Shown here one piece after another: positions 12,698 to 26,410 of a DNA stretch of 64,000 nt. Below the pieces are notes generated by a model, which was not told where the DNA came from, made no database searches, and was given only the letters and a program-made list of their open reading frames with translations. The stretch's first letter is position 1; every line of letters begins with the position of its first letter. This DNA comes from Octopus vulgaris (lineage: Eukaryota): contig OX597815.1 in the NCBI GenBank assembly GCA_951406725.2, positions 82,026,001 to 82,090,000 of the forward strand, read 5' to 3'. Both the position numbers and the translations under genes were made by a program.

Positions 12698-12898
12698 TGA
12701 TAATAATGGTATTTATATAAGCTTAAAGCTTATAGCGTTCACCGTGCAATGACTAAGGAAAATAGTCTAATAATGGAGCATATAAGCCTACCTTTTTTTC
12801 TGTCAGGGGCTCATATGCCCCATTATTAAACTATTTTCCTTAGTCTTTGCACGGCAATCGCTATAAGCTTTAAGCTTATATAAATACCGTTATTATCG
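12698..12898. mobile_element. Hairpin MITE (~200 bp, ~90-bp arms)
   Basis: GATAATAATGGTATTTATATAAGCTTAAAGCTTATAGCG ... CGCTATAAGCTTTAAGCTTATATAAATACCGTTATTATCG|TA. Confidence 0.8.
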
Positions 12899-14250
12899 TA
12901 TACATGTATATATGTATGTATATAGGTATTTTCATTTCGGCGTCTTCTGGTTTCTTCCTTGATATCTCTCTTACACTTCTGTCAAGAAGGTAAAGTATAT
13001 TGCTGTATTTACTCACGTTCTTTCACCTTCCATGCTCAAATTACGCTGAAAGGTTTTCCTGTAATCCCCACGAAGTCGATAAAAGAAGTTTTAATAGCAT
13101 CAAGGTAATCTACGATACCGCTCTCAATATTTATTTAGAAATAGTTATATTTCAGATCAATAAAAATTATGAAAAAGGATCTCGTAAATTTGAGAAGAAA
13201 AAAAAACGAAAGAAAAAAAAACATTTACAAGATAGCAAAGAAAAATTGAAATGATAGGAAATGAGGGAGATGTGTCAAAATTTGAGCATCTGTGGTTAGG
13301 CAATCAGACTACCGATCATAAGGTCGTGGGTTCGATTTCCGGTCTTTGAGGCGTGCTGTGTCCTTAGGAAAGGCACGTTGCTTCGCATGGCTCCAGCTCA
13401 CTCAGCTGGTAAAAATGAATATTAAGACTCACGCATACACCATCAGCAACGTTATTTAGTGGCACAGTAAAAGATCTGTGTGCATGGACAGGGCTGCGTC
13501 CATCAGCTACATATCTTTAGTCATCACTTTTTAGCTTTTTATCCGACACCAGATTGTATATTACTAATACTTTATTGCCATCAGCGTCAGAATTTCGATG
13601 TTCTTTATCTCAGATTATTCTCAGCCACTACATCATATACAGATTACACACACCATTCTACACCATATTTTGACTCAAGCAGCTCGATTTCTACCGTAAG
13701 AATAGTTCATTAATGCTGCAGTAACTTTTGATATGTCATAAAATACCTTCCATAAAGATTTTGGAGACTGATTTCTCCGAAATTATGAATAGAAGACATT
13801 ATTTGAACAGATTAATTTTTTACTGCTATTTTAATGGAGAATTTAACCATGGAAACCATTTACAATTTGACTTCAAGAAAAAAAAACACTCTTTACTGTG
13901 ACAAACCTATCGCAATCATTATAGTAGGTTTCTGCCGAGCCGGACAAGCCAGACATGTGTAGGAATGGACTTATTTTATTTTTAGTCAGCACAGTTGTTG
14001 TTATTGTTTTTTATAGTTTCTGACAGTAGATCTATGATAAAAGTCAATCATTGCTACATACATATTTCACATTTACTTTTTAATACGGATGGACGTGATT
14101 TGAGAAACATTAATCTGCTATTTCTAGCTGGTCGAGCGGTCATATTCAGGGTTTCAAAGAAGAATGCTGGAGATCACTTAATAGTGGGGTTACGTTCTTC
14201 GTATTTGTTCATTACCAGTACGTTAAGGATACACCGATAGTGACACAAGG

Positions 14251-14679
14251 GGATCTTTTCGGTTTGTACGGCAGATTTTTCTAGCGGTGTCATATGAAAT
14301 TGTCACCCATAATTATAACCCTAGTATCGATCTATTGCATTTCAATCTGTTTTAGGGTTAGGGTGGGTTAGGGTTAGGGGTTGGGGGAAGGGTATCTTTT
14401 TTTCTTCAGAAATGTAAATAAACCCAATCTGTTTCTTAAACGAGGGACATATTCATACGGCACAGAATGGGTTTTTTTACCTCAATAGACGTATTTGATT
14501 GGTTGAAATTGCAGAAATTGCAGAAAAAGAACAACAAATATCTTACAAACTATAGAATTTTCTCAATAAGGCCAAGAGAAAAAGGAGTTTTATAAACACA
14601 TTCTACCAGTATACGAAGTTTAAAATTTTTCAGTTACCAATAATTGTGTTAAAAACTACCGTTCAAACCGAAAAGATCC
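14251..14679. mobile_element. MITE with 8-bp TSD and internal TTAGGG repeats
   Basis: TIR GGATCTTTTCGGTTTG / CAAACCGAAAAGATCC; perfect TSD ACACAAGG at 14243-14250 and 14680-14687; TTAGGG-like run at ~14352-14392. Confidence 0.9.
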
Positions 14680-15418
14680 ACACAAGGTAACACATTGCCA
14701 GACCAGTAATGATACAAAGATGGTTATCGAACAATTAATGACAGTGCAGCGAATATTGAAAATAGTTCGATCGTTGTTTGTTCAATGGCAGTGTACTAAC
14801 CTGTAGGAAACTTAGAGACTCTTGTACAGTTTTCAGTCAGACATTTACCACCATACATTACAGCAAAGCTCATACAAATTAAGACAACGTATTCAAACTG
14901 AAGCTTCTTGTCTGTCACCTGATGCAACCGCAGCTACTATAGAAAATGTAATCAGCTGTCCCCATGGTGTTATTAAAAGAGACGGCGAATGATTTAAACA
15001 CCTTATTCGATAGAAATATAATATTCTACTCATGTTCTTTATGTAAATATAAATTTTTTAAAAATATTTTTCGCTTTCGCAAAGTTTTGGTGCAACCCAT
15101 GAGACACCCGTACTTGCGCGCGCGTGTGTGTGTGTATGTGTATAATATACACACGCACACATATACATGCAGATATACACACGCACACACCCATGCATAT
15201 GTAAATGTAAAAGGTGTCGAATAGGTCGCGTCAAAAAGATTGTGAAAGCTAAATATGCTTAAAAATAAAAAAAAAGGAAATATTTGGCAAAAGATAAGAG
15301 CGAAATATTATATTTCTATTAAATAATGTTTAAAATGTCCGCCGTGTCTCTTTCCCTTGATACATACATACATACATACATACATATGTGTGCGTGTGTG
15401 TTTGTATGTATATGTGTG

Positions 15419-15458
<40 letters not shown>

Positions 15459-15489
15459 TATCTGTGTATATATAAATGTACAGAGGTAA

Positions 15490-15550
<61 letters not shown>

Positions 15551-15738
15551 TATACGTGTATGCATATATATATAATATTATATATGCGTATGCATATATA
15601 TATATGTCTGTGTGTGTGTATAGATATAGACATATACTTACATAGAGACAAACACACACACACACATGCATGCAAGCACAGATGCACAAACATATGGGAA
15701 TAAGTATGTAAAGTGGAGATTCTTCAGAGGACTTCATT

Positions 15739-15781
<43 letters not shown>

Positions 15782-15879
15782 AGTTTTTGATTTCCTTTGT
15801 GTTGATTTCGTTAGAACAATGATAATGCCGAAAAGAAACGAGGAAAAAAGACGTTGACCTTGATCATGGTGAAAATTAT

Positions 15880-15976
15880 GACTATGATGATGATAACGTT
15901 GATGATGATGACGATGATGATGATGATGACGATGATGATAACGATGATTTTGATGACGATGATGAAAACGACGACA

Positions 15977-16037
<61 letters not shown>

Positions 16038-16092
16038 CGACGACGATGATGATGATGATGATGGTGATGATTGTGAAAATGACGACGACGAT
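15880..16092. repeat. (GAT/GAC)n trinucleotide repeat
   Basis: Read directly. Confidence 0.95.
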
Positions 16093-16660
16093 GTAGATCA
16101 TGAGGGAAACGGAGAACAACATAATCATCTTCAAAACTCCCAAATGAACGAAATTTCGCAATAACATTATGAACGTTCTTGTTCCTGTTAATGTAATTCC
16201 TTGCTGTTGCATTCTTTCGTTATATATTTCTTTGTTTTTTCTTAATTTCTGAGAGATAGTGACATAGCATCAACAAAAGATTGACACTTACGCAGACATA
16301 TGACTGCTGAGAGGCTGAGTTTGCAGGAGCATCGGATAGATTGATATGCTGCCATCACTACGGCACTCTGCGTTCAAGTCGCGCTGAGGTCAAATTTGCC
16401 TTTCATTTTCTGTCTGTCTCACTCTCCTTCCCTCTATTTTCTGGAAGAAATCGACTATCATCAGGCCATGGAGATAGACCTAGGTTTCTTTAGGTCTAAA
16501 AATGCTTATACAAGCGGTATATCGCAAGGGCGCCCTTACGACTCCAACAAGGAATATATATCCCTTCTTTCCTGAGCGTCAATAATACTTTAATTGTTCC
16601 ACGTCCTGCGTTGCTGTGTTTTTTTTTCTCTTTTTTTCTGTGTTTTCTTGTTTGGATTAA

Positions 16661-16713
<53 letters not shown>

Positions 16714-16937
16714 ATAGAAATATTACATTTCTGAATATCTCAGAGAGATATAAGCAGTGGTGGTACGATAGAGTAGTTGTATAACTGTCAACTTAATGTG
16801 ACAGTCCCATAAAGGAAATCACACCACCGCTATTTATCCCTAGGAAACATCAACGCTTTCTGTCGGCCTTGACACATTTCCTGTGTCCTTATGTTTACAA
16901 GGGGGAGACAAGCACCCCCACCCAGCTAAGCCTGCAA

Positions 16938-16977
16938 CCAGAGACTAGTTTCCGAGTCTTTCTCGTCGTCAGTCTGG
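16938..16977 (-). ncRNA. Minimal type-I hammerhead ribozyme, perfect core
   Basis: Minus strand: ccaga-CTGACGA-cgag(aaaga)ctcg-GAAA-ctag-TC-tctgg. GUC site; palindromic helix III ACTAGT. Confidence 0.85.
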
Positions 16978-17144
16978 AGTAGCATGCCTTTTTCTCTTTA
17001 TTATAGACATAAGGCCTGCACACAGTAGGGACATACACAAACATGCGGGGTCATAAAAACGAATGGAAAATGATAATGAAATGAATATAATTATGATGCA
17101 AATTAGACGGCCATCTCGCCCCCGCTGCGTGACGAACCGTGAAT

Positions 17145-17560
17145 ACCTTTACAATTAGACCTTACAATTGACTTTACGATTATACTTTACAATTATACTT
17201 TACAATAAAAACTTTACAAACACAGTTTATGATTAAACTTAACAATTAACTTTACAAATACACTTTACAATTAACCTTAAAATCACCTCTAGTTTCGCTG
17301 CAATGCGAAACTGTGACCCTTCCTTTCGTTTCCTACCTTTAAAATAAACGTTCATATGTGTCCTTTTTTTTTTCCAACAAAAATAACATTTTAAATACTT
17401 GTTTGTACGATTAAACTTTACAATAAAACTTTACAAACACACTTTATGGTTAACTTTACAACTAAACTTTACAAATACACTTTACAATTAATCTTAAAAC
17501 CACCTCTAGTTTCGCTGCAATGCGAAACCCTGATCTTTCCTTTTAAATACTTGTTTGTTC
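17145..17560. repeat. TTTACAAT-based minisatellite with ~140-bp block duplication
   Basis: ~17190-17330 is repeated at ~17405-17545. Confidence 0.75.
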
Positions 17561-17849
17561 ATCAATTCCTTATTTCTTCTTTTTCTTTACAATATTTTAA
17601 AATGTTCAAATGTTTTCTTTTAATTGTAGTTCTTTCCACAATTTTATATACTTACCGTTTTTTAACCTATCTCATTCTGTTTTACTCCTTGTTTTTGTTT
17701 TCCTCGCAATTTCTTCCTTTTTCCATTTCCATGCTCTTCCAGTACATCTCTCCGCTGTGCTTGTTTCTTGTTTCATCTGTGTGCTTTCGTACTCTTGCTT
17801 GATGTGCATTCATCCGACTGCACTTTCTCATCCGCTTTCTGATACTCTT

Positions 17850-18044
17850 TTATTCTTTTATTTGCTTCAGTCATTTGACTGCGGCCATGCTGGAGCACCA
17901 CCTTTAGTCGAACAGACACCGACCCCAGGACTTAATCTTTGTAAGCCCAGTACTTGTTTTATCGCCTTCTTTGCCGAACCGCTACGTTACGGGCACGTAA
18001 ACACACCACCATTGATTGTCAAGTGATGTTAGGGGACATATGCA

Positions 18045-18091
<47 letters not shown>

Positions 18092-18243
18092 GACGGGCTT
18101 CTTTCATTTACCGTCAACGAAATCCACTCACAAGGCTTTGGTCGGCTCAAGGCTATAGTAGAAGACACTTACCGAAGGTGCCACGCAATGGGACGGTGCC
18201 CAGAACCATGTAGTTAGGAAGCAAGGTTCTTACCACACAGCCA
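17850..18243 (-). mobile_element. Family-B composite SINE
   Basis: Consensus match. Confidence 0.8.
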
Positions 18244-18887
18244 AAATCTATTTCAGTTCTTGTGATTAACGCTGTATTATACATAAAAGTAAAATTATTG
18301 TTTAATTAATGACGATCCGTCAATAGCACAAATATGCAAATTAGGCGATCCACCGCTATACCACTGTAATTTATGACTGATGTACAACCTTGGCCACAAT
18401 TATGCAGCAAGTATGAAAATTAGAGAATATGATTGAAACCTGTCTTCCCACGTGGCTGTACACTTTTTGCGACCTCATCCTTTGCGGCTTTTGAGAGAAC
18501 TGGCCTCATTGTACTTCCTGATGGTTGTTTAGACCCCTTTTCTCGAGCATTTCAATTTTCTTGCAATTTCAACTAGGGAGAATCCTTCACAGATTTGAGC
18601 CCATTGATCTTCAGGAATCTGTTACTTGGGAGACATTTTCAACAAATATTAACCATTATCAAGTTATCAATAAGATATTCACTGAAACAAATAGGCAAAA
18701 ACGCTAGTGCCACACAATGAGTAGCCAAAGATTGACCCGGTCGATTGCACCAACTTATCTTAAGTATGCAAAAATGCATAAAAGTGGTTATAAAAGCACG
18801 AGAAGGACACATCAAAAACTAATTATTGATAGGATAGAGTCTCGGATGTTTATTATACTGTTTTCAGTTATTTAGTAAATGAGTTTC

Positions 18888-19193
18888 TGTTGTGGCTAGA
18901 GGCACGACACCCCCCTGCGAGAATAGACTTGACTGAACGTCTATAAATAGTAACGGTCTGAGAGAGAGAGTAGGCGTTAATCGCAGGAAGTCGTAAGGTG
19001 TCGTTTTGATAGTTTGTCGTAATATCGTTTGTTGGTTCGTGTATAGTTCGTGGAGAGTTTGTTGGAGTGTTACGTTGTTGCTAACCTGCATTGTTATATG
19101 TTTATTGTTATTACGCGGTTATAGTGTAAACAAGTATCGTCATAAGTAGTGGCGATACTCCAATAATTGGCGAAGAGTAACTACGTTACAATA
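18888..19193 (+). mobile_element. Probable solo LTR
   Basis: TGTTGT...ACAATA termini (CA->TA change); 5-bp TSD GTTTC at 18883-18887 and 19194-19198; internal TATAAATA. Confidence 0.55.
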
Positions 19194-19205
19194 GTTTCAA
19201 TCATA

Positions 19206-19702
<497 letters not shown>

Positions 19703-22494
19703 TCCATAATTTTGGTCAAGGTTGTATGTATACATCAGCTGAATGATTTGTGCTGTTGATCGCGGAGGAAAGCCGGGTACGTCTTCAACAGATCGTTTAA
19801 TGGTCAGTCATGAGCTTCCTTCTTCTTTCTGTGCATCAACAGCTTGGAAAGAATGTGTTTACAATCCTACTTCGCTCACAATGAGGCTTTGCAATGTTTA
19901 AATTTAATAAATTTCTTCTGGGTTATCTAGTGTTGGGCAGACTATAAATGTATATGTGTGTGTATGTATTCATGAATGAATGTATATATGTGGCTTTATG
20001 TACGTATGTGTGTGTTTGTGTAAATACACATCTATTTAGATATGTATGTGTGTGTGAGTGGTCTTGTTACTGCCCTACTGAATTTCTAGCAGTTTTCTTC
20101 ACCAGGATAGATGGAAAGATAGATAAGTGTAGAGTTGGCTGAAGAGAGATATGGATTTATGTGTATACATACATGCATACATACATACATACATACATAC
20201 ATACATACATACATACATACATACATACAGATAAACAGATGGAGGGATAGATAGACAGATAAATAGATAGATGGATGAATATTTGGCTAGCTGTATTGAT
20301 ATATGGATAGATGTAAAGACAAGAAGGTAGGTGGACAGATATAAGGGATGATGCATATGTAAGTAGATGTATAGATGGGAAAATATAGAGATATGGATAG
20401 ATAAATAGATTGAATGGTTCACTGATCGTCACACTGAAAAAAGAGATAGGGACAGAGATAGAAAATGATACAGAGAAAAAGGAGGGGATGGGGAAGAAAA
20501 AGAAAGCGAGAAAGTGAAAGAGCAAGAGAGAGAGAGGGGATGGGAGAGAGGGAGTTAAAGATAGAGAAGAGAGGTGGGAGAGAACGAGAAAAGTGTTATC
20601 TATGAGACGTGGGCTACACTGCCTTGTTAACCTTTTATCAAGTATTGACTACCAGATGTGACACAGAGGTGGTTTAGATGTAGATGTGGTTAAGGTAGCT
20701 GTGAGATGGAGCAAGTTTATAAGTCTAATGAGGTCTGATGTAGATAGTAGTCTGAGTATTATGAGATCAGTAGTAGTGATGAGAACGGGGGTAAAGTGTT
20801 GAGATGACGAGTAGATCTGTCCTAATTTCTCACAAATTACCAGCTGTCCCCTAAAGATACCATTCTGAATCGTAAAACTGCTGCAGAACGTGTAACCATT
20901 CTTTTACTAATCATTAGCCATCAACCATCTCCTACCTACGGTTTCTTGCAAACGTCGGCTTCCAGATGTTCAAACTGAACATCGACCGCATTAATCCAAC
21001 CAAATCTGATGAGCTTGTGAAGAACACTATGTCTAAATCACCACTCATCTCCAAGCCATAAGATATTCTTTTATCTGAGCATACAATAGGAAGTAAATGC
21101 GGTTTGGCTAAGAAGCGAAGTTCTTTCGTGAAGAATTAAAATAAATTCTGAAGTGATTACAGTTTGTGGAGCGGTAATCTGAGCAGAAGGATTTTAAACA
21201 GTGATAAAAGATAAAGTTTCATGAAGGTTGCAGTCAAAAAAACATTAACTGATAAATATATAAATACAGCTGCAAAAAGTTTGTTGGTGAATTTGTTAAA
21301 TTAATTTTTCTTAAGCCAGGTATTTTATCTATAATTTTCACTGGATTTGTTTGTTTCCTTTTTGTTTTTATTTTTTTATTATTTTTTTACTTTTGATATA
21401 ATATATTCAATGTAGGCTCGAATGGTTAGCGAGAGTTTGTGATAGAGGTTAAAAAGGATTTATTCGCTATCCTCACTGAAAGAGCCAGAGATTTTGCAAT
21501 TATATATATTATGTGCTGTATACCAAAAATATTAATGAATCTCGCTCGAGATTTACCTTAAATGTTCATCAGGTGTCTGTGCTTAACTCAGTGAGTATGT
21601 AACTCGGGTTTGCTTCGTCTGAAGAGAGTTTGAGAACACTTAATATCCCTGTATTTAGTATCCTGATCAGATTTTTTTTCATAAATTTAGATATTAACCC
21701 CTCAAAAATCTAATCAGCAATTTCCTTAAGAGAGAAAAAAAAACTCTTCTGCAAATAGTAAGGGTTAAGCGAAACGCCATTGCAATGATTTGAAAAGTGA
21801 AAATTTAGATTTTTTGAATTCCATGCGATTAATTCGCAGAGTCATTCGAGGGCATCAGTTTGCAGTGTTCTTCTTTGGCTTCCGGCGCTCTGAATTCAAG
21901 TCCCGCTCAGGTTAACTTTGAATCTAATTTGGGAGGTTGGATAAAATGTACCAATCCTTGGCGTTGTACTGGCGGAATATTGTTATGGTTCCTTGCGTTC
22001 CGAGTTCAAATCTTGGCACTGATTACTTCCTTGGTGCACTTGGCAGAGTTCACTCTGTTGGAAGCAATAATATCTGGTGTCTGGTTTGTGCTCCCTTTCT
22101 CACTAGTCACAATATCTCTTGTAAAAAGTTCATTGAGAATAAATGAAACAACTTCAGAGTTGTGTTCAAAAATTAACACTTCAGTTCTCGGATACTACCT
22201 TCCATGCATTTGTGGAATGTCTTTCTAAAAAGAAACAGGGGCTGATCCTACAGATCGGGATAGAAGAGCATCGGGGGATTTATATCAGAGTGGAAATATC
22301 TAAGTTATAATCGCCTTATCTTATACAATACTAGAAACGAAAGTAATTAAATTTACGTAAATGTTAACGTTAATTTTAAACAGTTGAAAACTTTAAAATA
22401 ATCTAAGTAACAGAACATATAATGCTTGCTGAGAGCTCAGGGGTCAATTATATCGACCCCACTGCTCAGCTAGTATTTGTTTTGTCGATCTTTG

Positions 22495-24230
22495 TAGAGT
22501 AATGCTTGATAGATTGCATCTGCACATTGCTGATGAGGTTCTACCAAAATCACAATGTTGGATTTTAGAAGTGACAGGAGTGCTATGGATATGACATTTT
22601 CAGCTAGACAGCTACAAGAGCATCGAACACGATATGGACTTATATCAGGATTTTATCAATCTGGCAAGAGCGTTTGATTCTGTAAATAAAATTGCACATT
22701 GGGAGATCTTGAAATATCTGGGATGTTCTGAAAAATTTGTGAAAATGCTTAGACACTTTCATGACGGAATGGAGGGGAGAGGTAATGTTGGGGGTATCCT
22801 GTCAGATCCAATTTCTATAGCAAATGATGTGAAACGCTGATATCCCTGCTCCTACCTTGTTTGCACTGTATTTTCCAATAATCTTTCAAATCGCCTACGA
22901 AGATTGTGCTGAAGGGGTCTATATAAGATATAAGGATAGCGGGAAAACTTTTCAACCCCGAAAGACTTTGTGCCAAAACGGAAGTTCTTCATTCTCACAT
23001 CATTGAATTCTTGTATGCAGATGATTAGCACATTGCCAGGAAGACATGCAACACATGATGAATACGATTTCTACTACATGTACAGCATCGGGCTTTACAA
23101 TTAGCTTAAACAAAACTGTTCTGATGTACCAGCCTCCCCTCTGAGATTAATATGGAACCTTCTGAAACTATATATAGATAAAGGTTAGAAGTTGAAACCA
23201 AATTCACATATTTAGGAAGTACTCTGAGCACTACTAGTCTTGATAATGAAATTTCATACAGAATCAGCAGAGCTAGTGATGTCTTTGATAGGCTTGACAA
23301 GCGCCTCTGGTCACATCATAGCAGATCTATCGGAACTAAAGTTAGGGCTTATGGCACATGTGTTCTGCCATCATTGCGCTATGTAAGTGAAACATGGGTT
23401 ATTTATCGTAAACATTTGAAGCATTTAGATCGATTCCATCAACATTGTCTTCGGAAAATTCTTGGGATAAACTGGAGACTGCCGTTCAGTGACATAAAAG
23501 TACTTGAGAGAAGTTTTAGTAGGAGTGTAGAATCGATCATTCTGCAAAGTCGTTTGTGGTGGTGGTGGTGGTGGGGGTACATCTGGTGAGAATGAGTGAT
23601 AAAAGGCTTCCTAAGCAACTTTTGTACGGTGAGCTGAAAGATCAATAAAAGGGCAGCTCATAAACCCAAAACATGTTTCAATGACTGCTTTAAAACTGCT
23701 TTGACACAAACAGGAATTTCAGATGTTGGTTGGGAGAGAAAAGCACAGCACCGAGATAGGTGGAGGAAATGAGTGCAAGTGGTTGCTCGAAGTTTGAACG
23801 AGAGAGAGAATGGAGCATGAGAAGATTAAGAGAAAGCTTACAAAGAATGAATAGTAGAAAATGAAAGAGTATTGATTTTCATGTGTATGATTTGTAAAAG
23901 CCAATGCTTAAGTTATGCAATCTTGGTTAGCTATCAAAATAGTCACAGGAATCGACTCCTTGTAAAATATGATATAGCTATTGTTCACAACAGAACAGGT
24001 GCAACCTGTGGAAAGGTGTGCTGATCAGTTGGAAGATTAAAAAGACATATCAAAAGACTTCATATTGTGACACCGGTTCTTCCTACCAGCCAGCACTACT
24101 GTGCATTATGCAATAATATGTGGAAATCTTGGCTGGGCTGAAGAGTCATATAAGGGCCTCACATTGCATCAATGAACCATTTCAATGATTCTTTCTAGCA
24201 ATGGATTTACGAGAAAGCAGCCACTATAAT
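22495..24230 (+). mobile_element. Decayed RTE-clade LINE (RT and C-terminus)
   Basis: Frameshifted peptides VLPKSQC, FSARQLQE, FINLARAFDSVN, GCSEKFVKMLRHFHDGM, LYADD, FTYLGSTLS, RFHQHCLRKILGINW and RLPKQLLYGEL. Confidence 0.85.
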
Positions 24231-24329
24231 GCAATGAATTACATCATCAAACGATCTAGGACGCAATGCATATTTAGCATAGGCTCTATATTTGAGGTGG
24301 AAAATTGTCTTATTCGGCACTGCCCAAGT

Positions 24330-24770
24330 GTGGTGATGAAGATAATGATGATATGGTGATGTATAACAATGAGCATAATGCGAAGTATAGGCTGCTGCTG
24401 CTGCTGCTGATGATGATGATGATGACGATGATAGACGTGATGGTTGTGTTAAAACTTATAATTAACACTGATGCTGATAACGATGATGATGTTGACGATG
24501 ATGATGTTGACGATGATAATAACGGTAGTGGTGAATGAATACGTTGAAGCAGCTACTGTTGATATTGGTGCCACTAATGATGTTATTGATGATGATGAAG
24601 ATGATGAAGGTGATGAAGATGATGACAACGACGACGATGATGACGATGACAACGACGATGATGATGACGATGATGACGATGACAACGACGATGATGATGA
24701 CGATGATAATGGTGGTGGTGGTGGTGGTGGTGGTGGTGGTGATGACGATGGTGGTAATGTGGATGTCGGT
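24330..24770. repeat. (GAT/GAC/GGT)n trinucleotide array
   Basis: Read directly. Confidence 0.9.
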
Positions 24771-25820
24771 ACCGCCATCACTGGTACCGGAATCTGGATT
24801 GTTATCTTCGGATGCTAGGCCTCAGGGTGATGCAAAAGATTGGGACGATGTGGAGAAGTGGGTGGCGGGGGTGGATCGGGGAAGTTAGGGGGAGGGTAGA
24901 GGGGATGTTAGAGTGAGGGAGGGAGGGGGATTAGGGAATGGTGAGTGGTTGTCATTGAATGACATTTGGTGTCAAGCCAGAAGCAAGTGAAGTGACAGGA
25001 CAGGAAGTGTGGAAATGGCGGGGGTGGGGAGGGAATTGAGCTCTTGGGTGGTGGGATTAAGGAGGAGAAGGCCATATTTGGAACCAGAATTGTAGGTGTA
25101 ATTTTTGTTTTATACATTTTTGGTTTGCGTAGATTACGGTACACTCTAAGAGGTGTTTTGTTGGTGGGTAAAAGCAAAGGGAGAAAGCGCATGATTTGTC
25201 ACGTTGATCAGATTAGTATTGTTGTTGTTGTTGTTGTTGATTCTGAGAGGGTGTTGTTTGGATGGGTTTGTGGGAGTAGATGGGGGGAGAGAAGAAAAGT
25301 GTTATTTTTGAAGGTTTTGTGGTTATGGTAGTTGTGATGGTGATGGTAGTGAAGGTGGTTTAAGAGCTAATGTTACTGACCAGGAACTGCTTTGGATAAA
25401 TGAATGAATGAATAAATAAATAAATAAATACATCTGTGGTCACTTCTATTCCTGCGAGAGGAAGAGAAAAGCAAGCAAGAAAGAAAGAGTGATAAAAGAA
25501 GATCCTTGATGAAAAGAAATTTGAATAGATAAAGGATTCTCACAGATAAAGAATTTGATGGCCGGATGGAAGAAGAAAAATAAAGCTGGATAGCTAGACT
25601 GATAGATGTATGAACAAGATAGATAGATGTGTGTGTGTGTGTGTGTGTGAGAATGAGTGTGTGTGTGTGTGTATGCGTGTGAGTGTGCGCGCATGTATAT
25701 AAACAAATACACACACATATATATATGTGTTCAAGATCAATCGATGCCAAGCGGCTTCACTCTACGTGCTTTAGCTTCGTTACTATGGCAGTAGTCTGGA
25801 TGCTTATTCATCAGACCTCG

Positions 25821-25851
<31 letters not shown>

Positions 25852-26099
25852 ATATGTATGTATATTTATAGGCGCAGGCGTGGCTGTATGGTAAGAAGCT
25901 TGCTTCCAGTCTCACCGCGTGGCCCCCTGGGAAAGTGTATTCTACTATAGCCTCGGGTAAACCAATGTGAATCTCATTCCTTTCCTTCAAGAAGGAAAAA
26001 CCTCAGAATATTGTTTGGACTTCTAGATGAGGCTAATACCTTTAATTTTTATATTATCCAGTACCAGTTTTCATGGGAAAAGTTCTTCGTACTGGCGAA

Positions 26100-26410
26100 T
26101 TCCTCGCAGTCCTCCAACACTGCTACCAATAGCCATGAGTCCAACAAACAGAGAGAATTAAGGAAAAGAGCTGTTCTTCACTCCTGCTCCAGAGCGTGGG
26201 CTGCGGGGTCACTCCGAAAAGCTCTATCTACGATGATTTCATCTCAATCGAAGGAGAGGGGGCTTTCTCCGTCCGGGTTGCGGATCCGTGGAATAAGCTG
26301 CCAGACGAGATAGCGAAGATGCCGACGACCGCTCGGTTCAAAGTCTCTCTTGACCAGAAATGGCCTGAACTCTTCGTATGACCACCCTCCCTGTACATAA
26401 CTCCCTGTCC
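26100..26410 (+). mobile_element. CR1/L2-type LINE 3' end fragment
   Basis: Peptide GLRGHSEKL...GAFSVRVADPWNKLP...FKVSLD is typical of the CR1 ORF2 C-terminus. Confidence 0.7.

Noticed and set aside
14350-14392. True or interstitial telomere
   Set aside because: Only a few degenerate units, located inside a TIR element.
24305-24888. Poly-Asp/Gly/Ser/Met ORFs (also 15811-16212)
   Set aside because: Trinucleotide microsatellites open in several frames; no domain or splice evidence.
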